Positions 27,849-36,601 of a stretch of 64,000 nt of DNA are shown piece by piece. Under the pieces are notes generated by a model. That model was not told the DNA's origin, searched no databases, and saw only the letters and a list, made by a program, of their open reading frames with translations. The stretch's first letter is position 1, and each line of letters begins with the position of its first letter. The stretch spans positions 6,299 through 70,298 of the forward strand of contig CAZSNG010000001.1 of assembly GCA_964608345.1 (NCBI GenBank). The letters are read 5' to 3'. A program made the translations under genes and the position numbers. This DNA comes from an uncultured Thermotogae bacterium. Lineage in GTDB: Bacteria; Bipolaricaulota; Bipolaricaulia; UBA7950; UBA9294.

Positions 27849-28499
27849 ATGTGGCGCCGGATGACCGGCTGCCGTGACGTCGAGGGAGGTATCGTGACGT
27901 ACTTCAGAGCTGGGCTGCTGATCGCTGCTGCGGCGACGGCTCTCCTCGTCGGCTGTTCCCCCATTCGGGGGCCTGTCGCGGTGGGAACCGCCGACCCGCG
28001 CGAGGGGCTTCCGCCGCTCGAGGTGACGTTCGACGGGGCTCGTTCCTCGGGGTGGTCCTCGCCGATTGCGTCCTACCGATGGGCATTCGGGGACGGAATG
28101 ACGTCGAGCGAAGCGACTACCGCCCACACCTTCGAGGAGAAGGGCGACTACGTCGTGACCTTGAGTGTGGTCGACGAAGACGGACGGGCGGCGGTCGATG
28201 AACTGATCGTTCGGGTATTGAATCGCGTTCCGCACGCGGAGTTCCACTACTCCCCGTACGGTGCGCCGCGTGATCACCCGATTGCCTTCGACGCATCCGA
28301 ATCGTTCGATCCGGACGGGAGCATCGTCGAGTATCGATGGGACTTCGGTGACGGGTCGACGGCGCTCGGCGTTCGCGTCGAGCACACCTTTCCACAACGG
28401 CTCGAGTACCAGGTGACACTGACAGTCGTCGACGACGACGGCACGGAGAACCGTTCCGTTCGCACGGTGCTCGTCGCCGGCTGCGACACGTGCGGCTGA
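27849..28499 (+). CDS. PKD-domain lipoprotein (two PKD repeats)
   Basis: Lipobox LLVGCS is present. The PKD module WAFGDG/WDFGDG ... TLSVVDEDG/TLTVVDDDG repeats twice. Confidence 0.75.
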   Translation: MWRRMTGCRDVEGGIVTYFRAGLLIAAAATALLVGCSPIRGPVAVGTADPREGLPPLEVTFDGARSSGWSSPIASYRWAFGDGMTSSEATTAHTFEEKGDYVVTLSVVDEDGRAAVDELIVRVLNRVPHAEFHYSPYGAPRDHPIAFDASESFDPDGSIVEYRWDFGDGSTALGVRVEHTFPQRLEYQVTLTVVDDDGTENRSVRTVLVAGCDTCG

Positions 28500-28510
28500 C
28501 AAGCGGTCCT

Positions 28511-29140
28511 CTACGGTCGGGGCGGGACCGGCGGTGGGGCGGCGGGCTTCTCGTCCGGCCATTCAGGCGTCTGCTGTAGGCAGAAGGCGCGCGCGACGGT
28601 GATGGCCTTGGAGATCTCGTCGGGATTGATCACGATGCGCCCCGCTGATCGCTGAAGCCAGGAGCAGTTGTCGACGGCACGGCTGGCGTGCTCGTCCCCG
28701 GCGGAGATCGCGCGAAGAACGGCCATTCCGTCGCGAAGCGCGACGCGGTCGAGGTTGATCTTTTCCGCCCACAGCAGCAGCAGCGTCATCGCGAGAACGG
28801 CGTTGCTCACCGAATGGCGCCCCCGCTCGGGGGTTTGGCGCTTGAATGCCTCCCAATACCGGCGATTGAGAAACAGGTACGGCGGCATGGTCCGCGGATG
28901 GCAGGACGCGAGAATGTCCTTGACGGCAATCCCGAGCTCCGTTGCGAGCGATCGAATCGCCACGCGCTCCTCCTCGGGAACCCACTCGGCGAGTTCCTCC
29001 TCCGATCTTCGCAGGGGGCTCCCACCGAGTCCGGCCTGAATCGCCTCGAACGCCGCCTGCCAGATCTCCGGATCGTCGGACTCGGCCACCGTGACATCAT
29101 CGGCCTTAAGAATCAGTGTAAGTCGCGCTTTGATCACCAT
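28511..29140 (-). CDS. Hypothetical protein, possibly a DNA-binding regulator (candidate HTH AIRSLATELGIAVKDIL)
   Basis: Strong RBS AGGAGGAG is present. It is transcribed divergently from the promoter island. Confidence 0.45.
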   Translation of the reverse strand: MVIKARLTLILKADDVTVAESDDPEIWQAAFEAIQAGLGGSPLRRSEEELAEWVPEEERVAIRSLATELGIAVKDILASCHPRTMPPYLFLNRRYWEAFKRQTPERGRHSVSNAVLAMTLLLLWAEKINLDRVALRDGMAVLRAISAGDEHASRAVDNCSWLQRSAGRIVINPDEISKAITVARAFCLQQTPEWPDEKPAAPPPVPPRP

Positions 29141-29173
29141 AGAGTCTCCTCCTAGGGGTTCGGGCTCTCCTTG

Positions 29174-29201
29174 TATTGTAGGTCCAAAAACTCTTGTGTC
29201 A
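29174..29201 (-). promoter_or_regulatory. Near-consensus sigma70 promoter on minus strand (TTGACA, 16-nt spacer, TACAAT) for the 28511-29140 gene
   Basis: Read from the reverse complement of 29174-29201 within an AT-rich island. Confidence 0.5.
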
Positions 29202-29245
29202 AGGCCGTTCCCTGTCTCTCCGCCCTCTCAAGTGGCGTATAGGGT

Positions 29246-29302
29246 TGACAAGGTGCACCTTATATGTATACTAAGGCACACCTTATCTCCATTGTGGAGA
29301 AA
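29246..29302 (+). promoter_or_regulatory. Near-consensus sigma70 promoter (TTGACA, 16-nt spacer, TATACT) overlapped by perfect palindrome AAGGTGCACCTT, a second half-conserved copy AAGGCACACCTT 21 bp downstream, and palindrome TCTCCAttgTGGAGA
   Basis: All elements are seen in sequence. The promoter is back-to-back with the minus-strand promoter. It is followed by RBS GAGGAGG and ATG 29324. Confidence 0.55.
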
Positions 29303-29323
29303 GGGCCGCCTGAGGAGGTCACC

Positions 29324-29551
29324 GATGTTGACAATTACCGTGGGAAGCATCGCAGCACAGGACACGTCGTGGGGAGGCCCGCACGTGCTCCCTGTCCCGA
29401 CCGCGAGGTCGCGGCGCGCGGCGCAAGCCCGCCACGGCGCAGCGCGGGAGGGCGCCCGTGCTCCCGCAAGCGGCGCGGTCTCCCTTGTGTCCCTGCGGTT
29501 GCTCGGATTGGTTGAGATCACCCGAACGAGGGAGCTTCGTCGATCCCCCTG
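29324..29551 (+). CDS. Small ORF (75 aa) downstream of the regulated promoter; coding status uncertain
   Basis: Good RBS spacing. However, the C-terminal two-thirds is Arg/Ala-rich and GC-skewed. It may instead be a structured 5' leader of the MBL-hydrolase operon. Confidence 0.25.
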
Positions 29552-29612
29552 ACATCATGCCGCCCGGTGTCCGGGCGCCTCGCCTCGGATAGACTGGCGG
29601 CGGGAGGCCGAC

Positions 29613-30461
29613 ATGCGGGACACGCCGAAACGGAGGACCCGGATCGTCCTTCTCGGGTCGGGCACGCCGAACGCCGATCCGGAGCGGGCGGGGCCGGCGG
29701 TCGCCGTGGTAGTCGACGAAACCGCATATCTGGTCGACTTCGGCCCGGGCGTCGTCCGACGCGCCGCGGCGGCGTGCGGGAAGGGGATCGTGGCCCTCGA
29801 CCCGCCGCGGCTCGAGTGCGCCTTCTTGACCCATCTGCACTCGGATCACACCGCAGGGTATCCCGACCTGATCCTCACTCCATGGGTCCTTGGTCGGGAC
29901 CGGCCGCTTCGAGTCTACGGGCCGACCGGACTGAAGCAGATGACAGAGCACGTGCTGGCCGCGTATCGGGAGGACGTGCGGGAGCGGCTCGACGGGCTCG
30001 AGCCGGCGAATCGGACCGGGCACCAGGTCGAGGCCGTCGAGATCGAACCGGGTGTCGTCCTCGAAGACGGCCGCGTCACCGTCGAGGCATTCGCGGTGCA
30101 CCACGGATCATGGCCGGCCTACGGGTATCGATTCACGACCTCCGATCGGGTGATCGTGATCTCCGGTGACACGGCGTTGTTCGACGGATGGGAGAGAGCC
30201 TACGCCGGGTGTGACGTTCTGGTTCACGAAGTGCAATCGACTGCGGGACTGGCCCGGCGTGAGCCGGCATGGCGCGCGTACCACACGGCCGTTCACACGA
30301 CGGCAAGGGACTTGGCCGAAGTCGCCGCGATCGTGAAGCCGGAGCTGCTGCTGTTGGTGCACCTGCTGTTCCACGGCGATTCGCAGGCGGATCTCCTGCG
30401 CGAGATCCGAGAGCGATACGACGGCGAGGTCATCTGCGGAACGGACCTAGGCGTCTACTGA
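29613..30461 (+). CDS. MBL-fold metallo-hydrolase (RNase Z / ElaC-like)
   Basis: Carries the HLHSDH metallo-beta-lactamase motif. RBS GGGAGG is present. Confidence 0.75.
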   Translation: MRDTPKRRTRIVLLGSGTPNADPERAGPAVAVVVDETAYLVDFGPGVVRRAAAACGKGIVALDPPRLECAFLTHLHSDHTAGYPDLILTPWVLGRDRPLRVYGPTGLKQMTEHVLAAYREDVRERLDGLEPANRTGHQVEAVEIEPGVVLEDGRVTVEAFAVHHGSWPAYGYRFTTSDRVIVISGDTALFDGWERAYAGCDVLVHEVQSTAGLARREPAWRAYHTAVHTTARDLAEVAAIVKPELLLLVHLLFHGDSQADLLREIRERYDGEVICGTDLGVY

Positions 30462-30527
30462 TCTCGAGCGCATGCCAGGATGGCGCCCCCCGTTGACCGG
30501 AGTATGATAACGCCGAGGTGATGCCGC

Positions 30528-31280
30528 GTGGAGAGACTGCAGATCGTCGAGCGGATCGTCCAGTACCGTTTCGAGCCCGAGTCGGGGAAGCACTACGGGT
30601 TCAATCTCACCGCCTTGCTCGATGAGGAGGCCGGGCGTGCTCTCCTGATCGACACGGCGTACGAGGAGCAGGCGGCAGCCGCGTATGCCGATCTGACGCG
30701 CCGCGGGTTCGAGTTGGCGACGGTGGTCCTCTCCCACTTCCACCCCGATCACGTGATGGGCCTGAAGGTGCTCCCGCGATGCACGACATACGGCAGCGTG
30801 CGGTGCGAGGAGACGCTGCGGCTGTACACCGAGGCCGAGGAGCGGCTTGCGTTCACGCCGACCGATCCGGTCGGCAACGGTGCGACGGTCACGTTCGGAC
30901 CGTTTGGCCTCACCTTTCGGCTCGCGCCGGGCCACTCCCCGTGCTCGATGTACACCCTCATCGACGATCGCTTCGTCCACGTGGCGGACAACATCATGAC
31001 GTCGAACGCCGGGCAGGACATCTTGCCGTGGGCTGCGTACGACCTGATCGAGGATCACATCCGGTCCTTGGGCGCGCTTGCGGAGATCGGTTCGCGCACG
31101 CTCCTGCTCAGCCACGGTGTCGCTCTGGCGGAGGAGGATGCGATCCGGGAGGCGATCGACAACCGCGTCTCCTACTTCCGGGCGGTCCTTGCCGGCGAGG
31201 GGCGACTTCCGTACGAGGAGGCCGTCGCCGGCTGTAGTTGCGACTTCCTGCACAAGGAGTGGCTGATTCGGACGGAGTAG
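30528..31280 (+). CDS. MBL-fold metallo-hydrolase
   Basis: Carries the SHFHPDH motif and downstream His/Asp ligands. Confidence 0.75.
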   Translation: MERLQIVERIVQYRFEPESGKHYGFNLTALLDEEAGRALLIDTAYEEQAAAAYADLTRRGFELATVVLSHFHPDHVMGLKVLPRCTTYGSVRCEETLRLYTEAEERLAFTPTDPVGNGATVTFGPFGLTFRLAPGHSPCSMYTLIDDRFVHVADNIMTSNAGQDILPWAAYDLIEDHIRSLGALAEIGSRTLLLSHGVALAEEDAIREAIDNRVSYFRAVLAGEGRLPYEEAVAGCSCDFLHKEWLIRTE

Positions 31281-31374
31281 CCAGGCACGTAGCGACTTCC
31301 CCTGAGCACGTCCGAAGACGGCCGCCGCCCTGGCCCTCTTGTCCTCATCGTAACGATAAGGTATTCTCAGATGT

Positions 31375-32505
31375 GTGATGATCTTTCTTTCGCGCGCGGA
31401 CGCGCTTCCCGGCCGGTCGCCTCGGGCCCTACGGCTCGGATACCTCTTTGGAGGCCTCCTACTCGTTGCGCTTGGAGCGGTGGCGGTCGCGTTCGAAGCG
31501 GATTGGGAGATGCTTCTGATCTACGACGCCGGCGCGGCGAAGTGGGAGATGGAGGGAGAGCTGGCCGTTGCCTGGTCGCGCGTGGGGTGGGATATCGGGT
31601 GCGAGATAGCGTTCGAGGAGTCGGTGTGGGATCGAGTCGAGGTCGAGGCGTCCTTCGAAGCGGAATTGGGCAGGATCGGCGCAGCCATCCGATGGGATCC
31701 GGTCATGCGTACGTTCACCAAGCTGTCGCTCGAGGCCTGGATCGAGGCGGCGGGGATCGACGCGAAATGCGACTTCGATCTGTACGCCACTCGCTGCTGG
31801 ACCGATCTGAAGACGGCGTGGGAGGTCGCCGGCTGTGAGATCGATATCGCTGTGCGCCTCGGCGCGTCGAAGCGGTTCTGCGTCGACTTCTACCGGCTCG
31901 ACGCCGCGGTGTCCCTCGAGGTCGAGGACATCCCGATTGACGTAGATGCGCGCTTCACCGCGAAACGGGGATTCGAACGGCTCGACGTCGAAACGGCCTT
32001 CACGGTCCCGCCCTGGCTGGCGATCGATGTGGACGCTCGCTGGACGGCCGACGGTCGCACCGTGTCATTCGAGTCGGAGATGGAAACGCTGGCGTCTTGT
32101 GAGGGAGCCTCAGCCTCGATCGAGCTACTCGGAGAGGCCGTGCTGACGGATTTGCTGCACCTCGAGGGACTGCGCGTCACCGGCTTGGGGTTCGAGGCGG
32201 CGTGGAACGGTGTCTGGGTCGAGAGCCGGACGAGCTTCGATCCGGGACGAAACAAGTCCGTGACCGGGCACAAGGCGTACGGTCGGGCCGTCGGAGTCGG
32301 GTGTGACGTGGACGGTCGATGCGATCGGGAGGTCGAGGTCGCGCTGTGGGCGCTCTCCGTCGATCCGTCGAGGGTCCGGGATTGGGATCGGACGGTGGCC
32401 GAGATCTCCGTCCGTCTCGACGCATCGTTGGAGTTCTCCCTCGCCGCGTCCCTCGAGTCCGGAGCGCTCCACGCAGTGGAGTTGGAGGTCGAGCTCGGAG
32501 GATAG
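31375..32505 (+). CDS. Secreted or membrane-anchored beta-rich repeat protein (family member 1 of 3)
   Basis: An N-terminal hydrophobic segment is followed by alternating acidic/hydrophobic beta-strand-like repeats (VEVEASFEAEL, LEVEDIPIDVDARF, VELEVELGG). Confidence 0.55.
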   Translation: MMIFLSRADALPGRSPRALRLGYLFGGLLLVALGAVAVAFEADWEMLLIYDAGAAKWEMEGELAVAWSRVGWDIGCEIAFEESVWDRVEVEASFEAELGRIGAAIRWDPVMRTFTKLSLEAWIEAAGIDAKCDFDLYATRCWTDLKTAWEVAGCEIDIAVRLGASKRFCVDFYRLDAAVSLEVEDIPIDVDARFTAKRGFERLDVETAFTVPPWLAIDVDARWTADGRTVSFESEMETLASCEGASASIELLGEAVLTDLLHLEGLRVTGLGFEAAWNGVWVESRTSFDPGRNKSVTGHKAYGRAVGVGCDVDGRCDREVEVALWALSVDPSRVRDWDRTVAEISVRLDASLEFSLAASLESGALHAVELEVELGG

Positions 32506-32555
32506 GGCGGCTGCGAGTATCGGGCGAGAGCGTTCGAAGTGCCTTGGTTCGGCGC

Positions 32556-32693
32556 CTTGCGCCGGTCCGCCTCGTGCGGATACACTCCATGTTGTTGGTA
32601 GTTTGCAGTCGCTTCCATGGAGTCCATGTTGCGAGGTCCAGTGAGAGCGCTCTGCTTCGCTAAGGCTCCCAACATAGAGGAGGATTGGTAGGA
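32556..32693 (+). promoter_or_regulatory. Second csp promoter (TTGCGC, 18-nt spacer, TACACT) plus conserved 5'UTR
   Basis: Same hexamers and same UTR element as the first csp copy (21198-21338). Confidence 0.55.
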
Positions 32694-32906
32694 ATGTCCG
32701 ACCGCGAAACCGGTACCGTGAAGTGGTTCAACGACAGCAAGGGCTTCGGCTTCATCGAGCGTGAGGGCGGCGAGGACGTCTTCGTGCACTTCAGCTCCAT
32801 CCGTGGCGAGGGGTTCAAGACCCTGAGCGATGGCCAGAAGGTCGAATTCACCCTGGGGCAGGGCCAGAAAGGCCCCCAGGCCCTGGACGTCGAAGCCGTC
32901 TCCTAG
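32694..32906 (+). CDS. cspA: Cold-shock protein (second copy)
   Basis: Shares about 85% amino-acid identity with the first copy. RBS GAGGAGG is present. Confidence 0.92.
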   Translation: MSDRETGTVKWFNDSKGFGFIEREGGEDVFVHFSSIRGEGFKTLSDGQKVEFTLGQGQKGPQALDVEAVS

Positions 32907-32945
32907 GGATCTCAACAGACGAACCGGACATCCTGTCCGCAGAGA

Positions 32946-32981
32946 GCGCGGCGCGCGGAACCCCGCGCGTCGCGCCGTTTT
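32946..32981 (+). terminator. Rho-independent terminator after second csp (stem GCGCGGCGCGCGG/CCGCGCGTCGCGC plus GTTTT)
   Basis: Same stem sequence as the first csp terminator (21575-21612). Confidence 0.65.
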
Positions 32982-33098
32982 GCATCCGGGCTCCCGTTCG
33001 CACGATGGATTGACCCGCGCCTTCATACTCCCGTCACACGGTCGCCCCCTCTCGCCCACATGGAAGCGCAACACTGTAGGCGGTCCAGAAGGACGGTG

Positions 33099-34094
33099 AT
33101 GGAAATGAAGCGAGTCTTGGGTGCGATCTTGATCGTTCTGGCGGTCGGAGTGACCGCCCTTGGTGGAGTGGAGTCGAAGGCGGAGGTTCTCTCCGCCGAG
33201 CCGATCGGGGGGGCCGCTGTCGAAGCCCTGGGAAGTGCCGCGGGCGGCGGAGCGGGCGCGATCGACTTCGGAGACGAGGTGGCGAACGCTGCGGACGACC
33301 TCGCTGTGTCGCTCGAGTCCACGCACGCCTCGGTCGAGACGGGCGTCGTCGTCACCCTGACCGCCTCCGCGTCCGCCGATGCGTCGGTCGTCCTCTACGA
33401 GTGGGATCTCGATGGAGATGGAGCCTTCGAGGAAGTGACGGAGCACTCCAAGTTCTCTCGGGTGTTCGAGGAGGACGGCGTGGCCGAGATCCGGGTCCGC
33501 GTGACCGACGACCGCGGTCAAGCTGCCGTGTCGGATGCCGTTGAAGTCACAGTGATGAACCGACGACCGGTTGCTGGGTTCTCGATCATGGGCGACCCGG
33601 GAAGCGATGTGGGACTCGTCGAACTCCGTGATGCATCGGATGACCTCGACGGCGAGGTCACGCACTGGGCGTGGGAGTTCGGAGACGGGACGTCTTCGGA
33701 GGAGCCGAATCCGAGCCACTCCTACGACGACGATGGTACCTACATCGTGACGCTTGTCGTGACGGACGATGACGGGGCAAAATCGGCCGCGTTCAATCGG
33801 ACGGTGGATGTCCGAAACAGCGATCCGGTCGCTGCCTTCGCGCCGCCGGCCGACCTGATCGGCACTGGCGAGTCGGTGTCATTCGTCGACGAGTCGGTCG
33901 ATCCGAGCCCGAGCGGCTCGATCGTCCATGTTGCGTGGGACTTCGGCGACGGGTCGTACCAGGCCGGTGGGCCGGCTAGGGCCGGTGTCTATTCGCACAC
34001 CTACGCCGTGGCGGGGACTTACGTCGTTACGCTATACGTCATCGATGACGATGGCGCCATGAGCAGCGCGCAGCTGGTCGTCCTCGTCACGTAG
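33099..34094 (+). CDS. PKD-domain secreted protein (three PKD repeats)
   Basis: Signal peptide MEMKRVLGAILIVLAVGVTALG. Repeats read WDLDGDG, WEFGDG and WDFGDG, each with a T(L/V)VVTDDDG motif. Confidence 0.75.
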   Translation: MEMKRVLGAILIVLAVGVTALGGVESKAEVLSAEPIGGAAVEALGSAAGGGAGAIDFGDEVANAADDLAVSLESTHASVETGVVVTLTASASADASVVLYEWDLDGDGAFEEVTEHSKFSRVFEEDGVAEIRVRVTDDRGQAAVSDAVEVTVMNRRPVAGFSIMGDPGSDVGLVELRDASDDLDGEVTHWAWEFGDGTSSEEPNPSHSYDDDGTYIVTLVVTDDDGAKSAAFNRTVDVRNSDPVAAFAPPADLIGTGESVSFVDESVDPSPSGSIVHVAWDFGDGSYQAGGPARAGVYSHTYAVAGTYVVTLYVIDDDGAMSSAQLVVLVT

Positions 34095-34209
34095 CCGCCG
34101 CGGCTCTCAGGCCGCTCCGGTTGGTCCGATTGGCGATGCCGCCACCGGGTGATATGCTTGCGATCCGTCGTTCCGGCGGATCCGTGCCGACCAGGAGGTG
34201 GCGCTTGCG

Positions 34210-34884
34210 ATGATCGAAGCCGTGGTTCTCGACTTCGATGGGCTGATTCTCGATACCGAGACTCCTTGCCGCCGCTCCTGGGAGTCGGTTTACGCGGCGC
34301 ACGGACTCTCCGTTGCTGCGGCTACCTGGGCAGAGATGGTCGGATCCTCCGCTGACCCGGTGGAGGCGTACGAGCTGCTCGAGGAGCATCTCGGCCGATC
34401 GATCGATCGGGACGCCCTCCGCGAACGAAGAACGGCCCGCGAGCTCGAACTCCTGGCCGACGAGACAGCGATGCCCGGCGTTCGCGAGCTGATCGACGAT
34501 GCCGCGGAGCGGGGGATTCGCTTGGCGGTCGCGTCGAGCTCGGAGCGCGCGTGGGTCGTCGGTCATCTGGACCGGCTCGACCTGCTCGATCGGTTCGAGG
34601 CGATCGCGTCCGCCGATGACGTGGCGGCGACGAAGCCCGCCCCGGATCTCTACCGGCTCGCTCTCGCCCGGTTGAGCGTCCGACCGGATCGGGCCCTCGC
34701 GTTCGAGGACTCCGGCCACGGCGTCGCGTCCGCTAAGGCCGCGGGGCTGTTCTGCGTTGTCGTTCCGAACCGCGTGACGAGGCACTTAACGTTCCCCGGG
34801 GCCGACATGAAGATCGACACGCTCGCTGGCCGCACGCTCGCTGAGTTCATCGAGGCGGCCGACGCCCACTACCGGGCGCAGTGA
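34210..34884 (+). CDS. HAD-family hydrolase (beta-phosphoglucomutase-like phosphatase subfamily)
   Basis: HAD motif I reads VLDFDGLILDTE. The ORF-track start at 34198 is an alternative. Confidence 0.75.
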   Translation: MIEAVVLDFDGLILDTETPCRRSWESVYAAHGLSVAAATWAEMVGSSADPVEAYELLEEHLGRSIDRDALRERRTARELELLADETAMPGVRELIDDAAERGIRLAVASSSERAWVVGHLDRLDLLDRFEAIASADDVAATKPAPDLYRLALARLSVRPDRALAFEDSGHGVASAKAAGLFCVVVPNRVTRHLTFPGADMKIDTLAGRTLAEFIEAADAHYRAQ

Positions 34885-34912
34885 TCGGACGCTGTCTCCA
34901 GCGGCATCGGCC

Positions 34913-34942
34913 GGTTGACAGGCCCAAACGGCTCGCCCTACG
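34913..34942 (+). promoter_or_regulatory. Candidate sigma70 promoter (TTGACA, 18-nt spacer, TACGAT)
   Basis: Seen about 35 nt upstream of the ATG at 34975. Confidence 0.35.
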
Positions 34943-34974
34943 ATGGCGACCATCTGCTCGATGAGGGGGATGGT

Positions 34975-35787
34975 ATGGTTCGAACCAAGGTGGTGTTGCT
35001 GTTGTTCGTCGTGGTGGCGGCCGTAGGAGTCGGCGGATGGGCGGATGAGGAAACGGGGCTTTCCGGGGCCGTCGGAGCCGAACTGGCATTCCTGCCTGCA
35101 TTCGCAGGCGACCTTTGGGTCGATCTCGACTGGAATCTGGGCGGATGGAGCCTCGGTGCCCTGACGGAGATCGGGTTTCTTCCCGCGTTCACGGCGAGGT
35201 GCACGGGCACGGTCGAGGCCACGCTCAGCGTCTTCGACCTGCGCGGCACAGCGATCATCGACGTTGTCCCATTCGACTTCGCGGGCCTGAACCTGTTTGC
35301 CGGTGTCGGGCTTCTCGACATGAGCGGGGAGGGCTTCGCGGTTGCGGTCGACGCGGGGGCTGTCTTCGAGATTCTTCCGGCGCTCGACGCCGGGCTGTCG
35401 CTCGACATCGACGCCTCCTACGGGATCTTCACTGCGTGGGGAGCGTTCGATTTGGGGATTCCCGGCTTCGGCACCACCGTTTGGGCCGGAGCGGAGATCC
35501 GCGCCCTCGACCTCGAGCTGGAAGACGGGCAGTTGACCGTCGACCTCGGGGCCTCGACGTTCATCCTGCCGGCCGGCGATACGCGGCTCTGGCTCGACGT
35601 AGCTCTCCGTCTGGGGATCATCACGGTGACTGCCGAAACCGATTTCGAGCTGAACCCGTTCGGCCTGGCTCAACAGCGGATCGAGATCGAGGTCGGGTTC
35701 GACGGGTTGACGCTCTACGCCTGGGGAGGTTTCACCGGCGTCGGCGACCTGACCGCAGGAGTCGGCGGGACGTACGAGTTCCCGTAG
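34975..35787 (+). CDS. Secreted beta-rich repeat protein (family member 2 of 3)
   Basis: Signal peptide MVRTKVVLLLFVVVAAVGVGGWA. Carries LELEDGQLTVDLGA and IEIEVGFDGLTLYAWGGF repeats. Confidence 0.6.
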   Translation: MVRTKVVLLLFVVVAAVGVGGWADEETGLSGAVGAELAFLPAFAGDLWVDLDWNLGGWSLGALTEIGFLPAFTARCTGTVEATLSVFDLRGTAIIDVVPFDFAGLNLFAGVGLLDMSGEGFAVAVDAGAVFEILPALDAGLSLDIDASYGIFTAWGAFDLGIPGFGTTVWAGAEIRALDLELEDGQLTVDLGASTFILPAGDTRLWLDVALRLGIITVTAETDFELNPFGLAQQRIEIEVGFDGLTLYAWGGFTGVGDLTAGVGGTYEFP

Positions 35788-35809
35788 CCGATCTCGGCAG
35801 GTTCGGACT

Positions 35810-36601
35810 CTACGACGCGTCGTGCCGTGACCGCATGCGCGGCAGGGCGGCGCGTGCACCGTCTGCTCCGCGGACGATCTCGAACTCCATTCCGTAGGCC
35901 GTTCGTAGGGTTTCCTCGGTGACCGCGACGCCGGGAGCTCCGCGAACGGTCGATACTCCGTTGACGAGGAAGGCGACCTCGTCCCCGTAGAGGAGGGCGT
36001 TGTTCGGATGGTGCGAGGTGACGGCGAAGGAGAACCCCTCATCCGCGAGCTGCCGGACGACGTGGAGGACGTCGTGCTGATGATGCGGGTCGAGATGCGC
36101 TGCCGGCTCGTCCATCAGGAGACAGCTGGCCCCTTGCGCGAGACCTCGCGCGATCAGGACGAGCTGTCGCTCGCCGCCGGAGATTCCGGTGTACGGGCGA
36201 TCATGCAGACCCGCAGCGCCGACCACGTCGAGCGCCCGAGCGACGGCGTTCCGGTCGGCGCGCCCGGGGCGGGCGAACAGACCGAGGTGCGGAGCCCTTC
36301 CCATCAGGACCGCTTGCCCGACCGTGTAGGAGAAGACCGGCTCGTGCAGCTGGGGGACGACGCCGATCCTCCTGGCCCGATCCCTGGCAGTCAGATCCGT
36401 CAGACGATCCCCGCCGACGGTGACGTGCCCGGAACGGGGCGTACGCACTCCGCTCAGGCAGTCGAGGAGCGTCGTCTTGCCCGATCCGTTCGCACCGAGG
36501 ACGAACAAGCACTTGCCCGTCTCGACCGTCAGCGAGACGTCGCGGAGGACGTCGGTTCCGCTGCGGTACGCGTAGCAGATCCGATCGGCGACGAGATTCA
36601 T
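35810..36601 (-). CDS. ABC transporter ATP-binding protein (iron-complex/cobalamin FepC/FecE type)
   Basis: Walker A GANGSGKTT, the signature LSGGERQ, and Walker B LLMDEP are present. Confidence 0.85.
   Translation of the reverse strand: MNLVADRICYAYRSGTDVLRDVSLTVETGKCLFVLGANGSGKTTLLDCLSGVRTPRSGHVTVGGDRLTDLTARDRARRIGVVPQLHEPVFSYTVGQAVLMGRAPHLGLFARPGRADRNAVARALDVVGAAGLHDRPYTGISGGERQLVLIARGLAQGASCLLMDEPAAHLDPHHQHDVLHVVRQLADEGFSFAVTSHHPNNALLYGDEVAFLVNGVSTVRGAPGVAVTEETLRTAYGMEFEIVRGADGARAALPRMRSRHDAS

Noticed and set aside
29264-29515. 83-aa ORF starting MYTKAHLISIVEKG
   Set aside because: Its ATG lies inside the predicted -10 hexamer of the plus-strand promoter, and the product is low-complexity. 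The alternative small ORF at 29324 has a proper RBS.
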